The position numbers and the translations under genes were made by a program. From positions 784,313-848,312 of the forward strand of contig JABTUZ010000002.1 in the NCBI GenBank assembly GCA_015075105.1: DNA of 64,000 nucleotides, written 5' to 3'. Source of the stretch: Leptospiraceae bacterium (GTDB lineage Bacteria > Spirochaetota > Leptospiria > Leptospirales > Leptospiraceae). The notes under the pieces are model-generated. The model was not told the origin of the DNA, made no database searches, and saw only the letters and a list, made by a program, of their open reading frames with translations. Position 1 is the first letter of the stretch. Each line of letters begins with the position of its first letter. Of the stretch, positions 61,628-64,000 are shown in pieces.

Positions 61628-64000
61628 TTATTTATCTCTTAATAATTCGATTCCCCTTTTTTTAGAAATATATTTAACGATTTCAAACCATATAATACTT
61701 AAAAACGCAAGGCATAAACCAATAAGTAAATGTTCCCATTTTGGAAATGAGAACTTAAAAATTTCTTGAATAAAGGGAATAGACATTGTTAGTGTAAGGA
61801 AAAATATTGTTGAGCCGATTACCCATTTTAGTGCAGGGTTATTTCGTTTTAATGATTCAAATATAGTCAATGACCAATGTCTGTTTGTAAAAATCAAAAA
61901 TAGATTTGACAAAACCAATGTATAAAAAGTCAAACTTCTGGATTCGGCTTCTGAGTTTCCTGAATAGATTGAAAAAATATAAATAGAAATAACTGTAATT
62001 GTAGAAATCAACCCCTGAAGTATACTCAATATCAAAGATCGCTTTCCGAACAAAGGCTCATTTGGATTTTTGGGATTTCTATTCATTAGATTTTCTTCTT
62101 CATCTTCTGACTCAAAAACAATTGAGCAAGCAGGGTCGATTAGCATTTCTAAAAAAACAATATGAATAGGAAAAAGTACTTTTGGCAAATTGAATATCAC
62201 AGGTATTAAAGAAATTCCAGCGATTGGTATGTGAACACTGATTAAATAGGCAAATGTTTTCTTTAAATTATCAAATATTTTTCTTCCAAGTCTGACTGCG
62301 TTTACAATCGAAGAAAAATCATCGTTCAATACAACTAAGTCGGCACTTTCACGAGCTACGTCAGTCCCTCTTTCTCCCATTGCAACTCCGATATGAGACG
62401 CTTTCAATGCGGGAGAATCATTTACTCCGTCCCCGGTCATAGACACAATCTCTCCATCTTGTTTAAGAGCCTTGACTAAAGATAGTTTTCCTTCCGGTCT
62501 CATTCTGCAAAAAATATTCACGGACTTAATTTTTTCGGAAATTTCAATCTCGGTCATTTTTTCTAATTCTTGCCCGGTAATAAATTCATTTGAATTCTTT
62601 AGTCCGATTTGAGAAGCTATACTTTTTGCAGTTGCAGGGTAGTCACCTGTTATCATAATTACTCGGATCCCTGCATTGTAAGAATCTTGAATAGCTTGAA
62701 GGACTCCTTGCCTTACAGGGTCTTCCCATCCTACAAAACCTAAAAATTCAAAATCAAAATCGTGCTGGTTTTTTGGTAGCTCTGCTTTGTTGTAAGTAGA
62801 TTTTGCGATACCGAGTATTCTTAAACCTTCACTACCAAGTTTATCTACAACTTTTCCAAGTTCCATTCTCTCACTTTGAGGAAGATGACACAGATCCATA
62901 ATGTCTTCTGGTGCACCTTTAGCTGAAATTATATAGGCAGCATTATCTGAAGTTTTATAAGCATGAGACAAAGCTAAAAGCTCTTTTGAAATAGCATACT
63001 CTTCTTCAATTTCCCAGCTTTCGTGAAGATGTTCCGTGTTAAATAATTTTGCTTCTCCGAGTTCTTTAAGAGCTTTCTCCATCGGATCAAACGGGTCTTT
63101 GCTACTTGCTAAAATTCCATACTCTATAATTTCATGAAATTCTTCCGGTAGAGGGTCATTTTTTTTTCGAGTAACGTCATAATACTCTCGACCAACAAAG
63201 ATTTTTTTAATTTGCATTTTGTTTTCGGTGAGTGTTCCTGTTTTATCTACACACAAAACTGTAGCTGAGCCTAAGACTTCAAGTGAAGATACTTTCCGTG
63301 TAAGAATTTTTTTTTGTGACATTCTCCATGCACCGATTGCAAAAAAAATTGTAACGACTATTGGCATTTCTTCGGGAAGAATTCCCATAGCAAGAGTCAA
63401 CCCGGTGAGTATTCCTTCTTGCCAATCATTTCTAAAAAATCCGTAAATCCCAACTACCAAAGTACACAAAACTATTGCTATAAGTAAAATTACTTTTACA
63501 ATTTTTTTGGTTTCCTTACTAATCTTAGTTTCAGTTTTTTCGACATCTTCTAAAGACTTTCCGATTTTACCCATTTCGGTATGAACACCGATAGAGGTTA
63601 CTTTCACGACCCCTTCACCTTTTACGATAAGGCATCCCGCATACAAGCAATTGTCACTAACGTATTCACTTTCTGTTTGAGGGTGCTTATCTACTGCAAT
63701 AGACTCTCCTGTCAGAAGTGACTCATCTACTTTCACGCTTCTTGCCCAAAGTAAAACACAGTCTGCCGCTACTCGATCCCCTTCTGCAACGATCATAACG
63801 TCCCCATACACAACATCTTTTCCGGGGATTCTTTTCTTTACTCCATCTCTTATCACTAAAGCTCTGGGGCTTGCGAGATCGCGTAACGCATCTATAGCTT
63901 TTTCTGTTTTATTCTCTTGATAGATAGTAATTATTGCTATTACAAACATGAAAACTGTTAGGGTGATTGCCTCTGAAAGGTCACCCAAGATAAGATAAAT
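61628..64000 (-). CDS. cation-transporting P-type ATPase (type II, Ca2+/Mg2+-like), N-terminus beyond window
   Basis: 'CVDKTGTLT', 'MITGD', 'TGDGVNDSPALK'; the frame is still open at the window edge. Confidence 0.9.
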   Translation of the reverse strand: MYLILGDLSEAITLTVFMFVIAIITIYQENKTEKAIDALRDLASPRALVIRDGVKKRIPGKDVVYGDVMIVAEGDRVAADCVLLWARSVKVDESLLTGESIAVDKHPQTESEYVSDNCLYAGCLIVKGEGVVKVTSIGVHTEMGKIGKSLEDVEKTETKISKETKKIVKVILLIAIVLCTLVVGIYGFFRNDWQEGILTGLTLAMGILPEEMPIVVTIFFAIGAWRMSQKKILTRKVSSLEVLGSATVLCVDKTGTLTENKMQIKKIFVGREYYDVTRKKNDPLPEEFHEIIEYGILASSKDPFDPMEKALKELGEAKLFNTEHLHESWEIEEEYAISKELLALSHAYKTSDNAAYIISAKGAPEDIMDLCHLPQSERMELGKVVDKLGSEGLRILGIAKSTYNKAELPKNQHDFDFEFLGFVGWEDPVRQGVLQAIQDSYNAGIRVIMITGDYPATAKSIASQIGLKNSNEFITGQELEKMTEIEISEKIKSVNIFCRMRPEGKLSLVKALKQDGEIVSMTGDGVNDSPALKASHIGVAMGERGTDVARESADLVVLNDDFSSIVNAVRLGRKIFDNLKKTFAYLISVHIPIAGISLIPVIFNLPKVLFPIHIVFLEMLIDPACSIVFESEDEEENLMNRNPKNPNEPLFGKRSLILSILQGLISTITVISIYIFSIYSGNSEAESRSLTFYTLVLSNLFLIFTNRHWSLTIFESLKRNNPALKWVIGSTIFFLTLTMSIPFIQEIFKFSFPKWEHLLIGLCLAFLSIIWFEIVKYISKKRGIELLRDK

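Overview
AT-rich bacterial chromosomal segment of about 70 tightly packed genes. By inference it comes from a Leptospira-like spirochaete, based on the many lipobox lipoproteins, a DUF1564-type gene, the abundance of SpoIIE/STAS/PilZ signalling genes and a stand-alone ftsQAZ cluster. Most of the window is core housekeeping: prfB, murI, hflX, hom, gpsA, trmB, tadA-dnaX-ybaB-recR, recG, yebC, prfC, ftsQAZ, galE, lpxA, four tRNAs, an acyl-CoA dehydrogenase and a P-type ATPase truncated at the 3' window edge. The only clearly accessory stretch is at the 5' end (33-7069). It holds a YprA/MrfA-like DEAD-box helicase with a DUF1998 Zn module, a YprB/MrfB-like exonuclease, and a type II restriction-modification pair. 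The methyltransferase of that pair carries a degenerate SNase-like C-terminal domain, and the endonuclease gene is broken by a 1-nt frameshift in an A5 run. The main signals not explained by the ORF track are as follows. (1) A dispersed family of ~107-126 bp intergenic elements with imperfect terminal inverted repeats, with five clear copies plus degenerate ones, fills almost every long intergenic gap. (2) A 112-codon ORF between hom and the STAS gene resembles LigD_N-type proteins but has no ATG/GTG/TTG start, so it is missing from the track. (3) A tightly coupled four-gene cassette (unknown, metallophosphoesterase, pol-beta-type nucleotidyltransferase, TM Zn-ribbon protein) is wedged between yebC and recG. 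(4) tRNA-Arg(ACG) lies directly next to tadA, whose enzyme edits that tRNA. No CRISPR array, rRNA, transposase or integrase was seen. All calls come from reading motifs by eye; no database search was possible.
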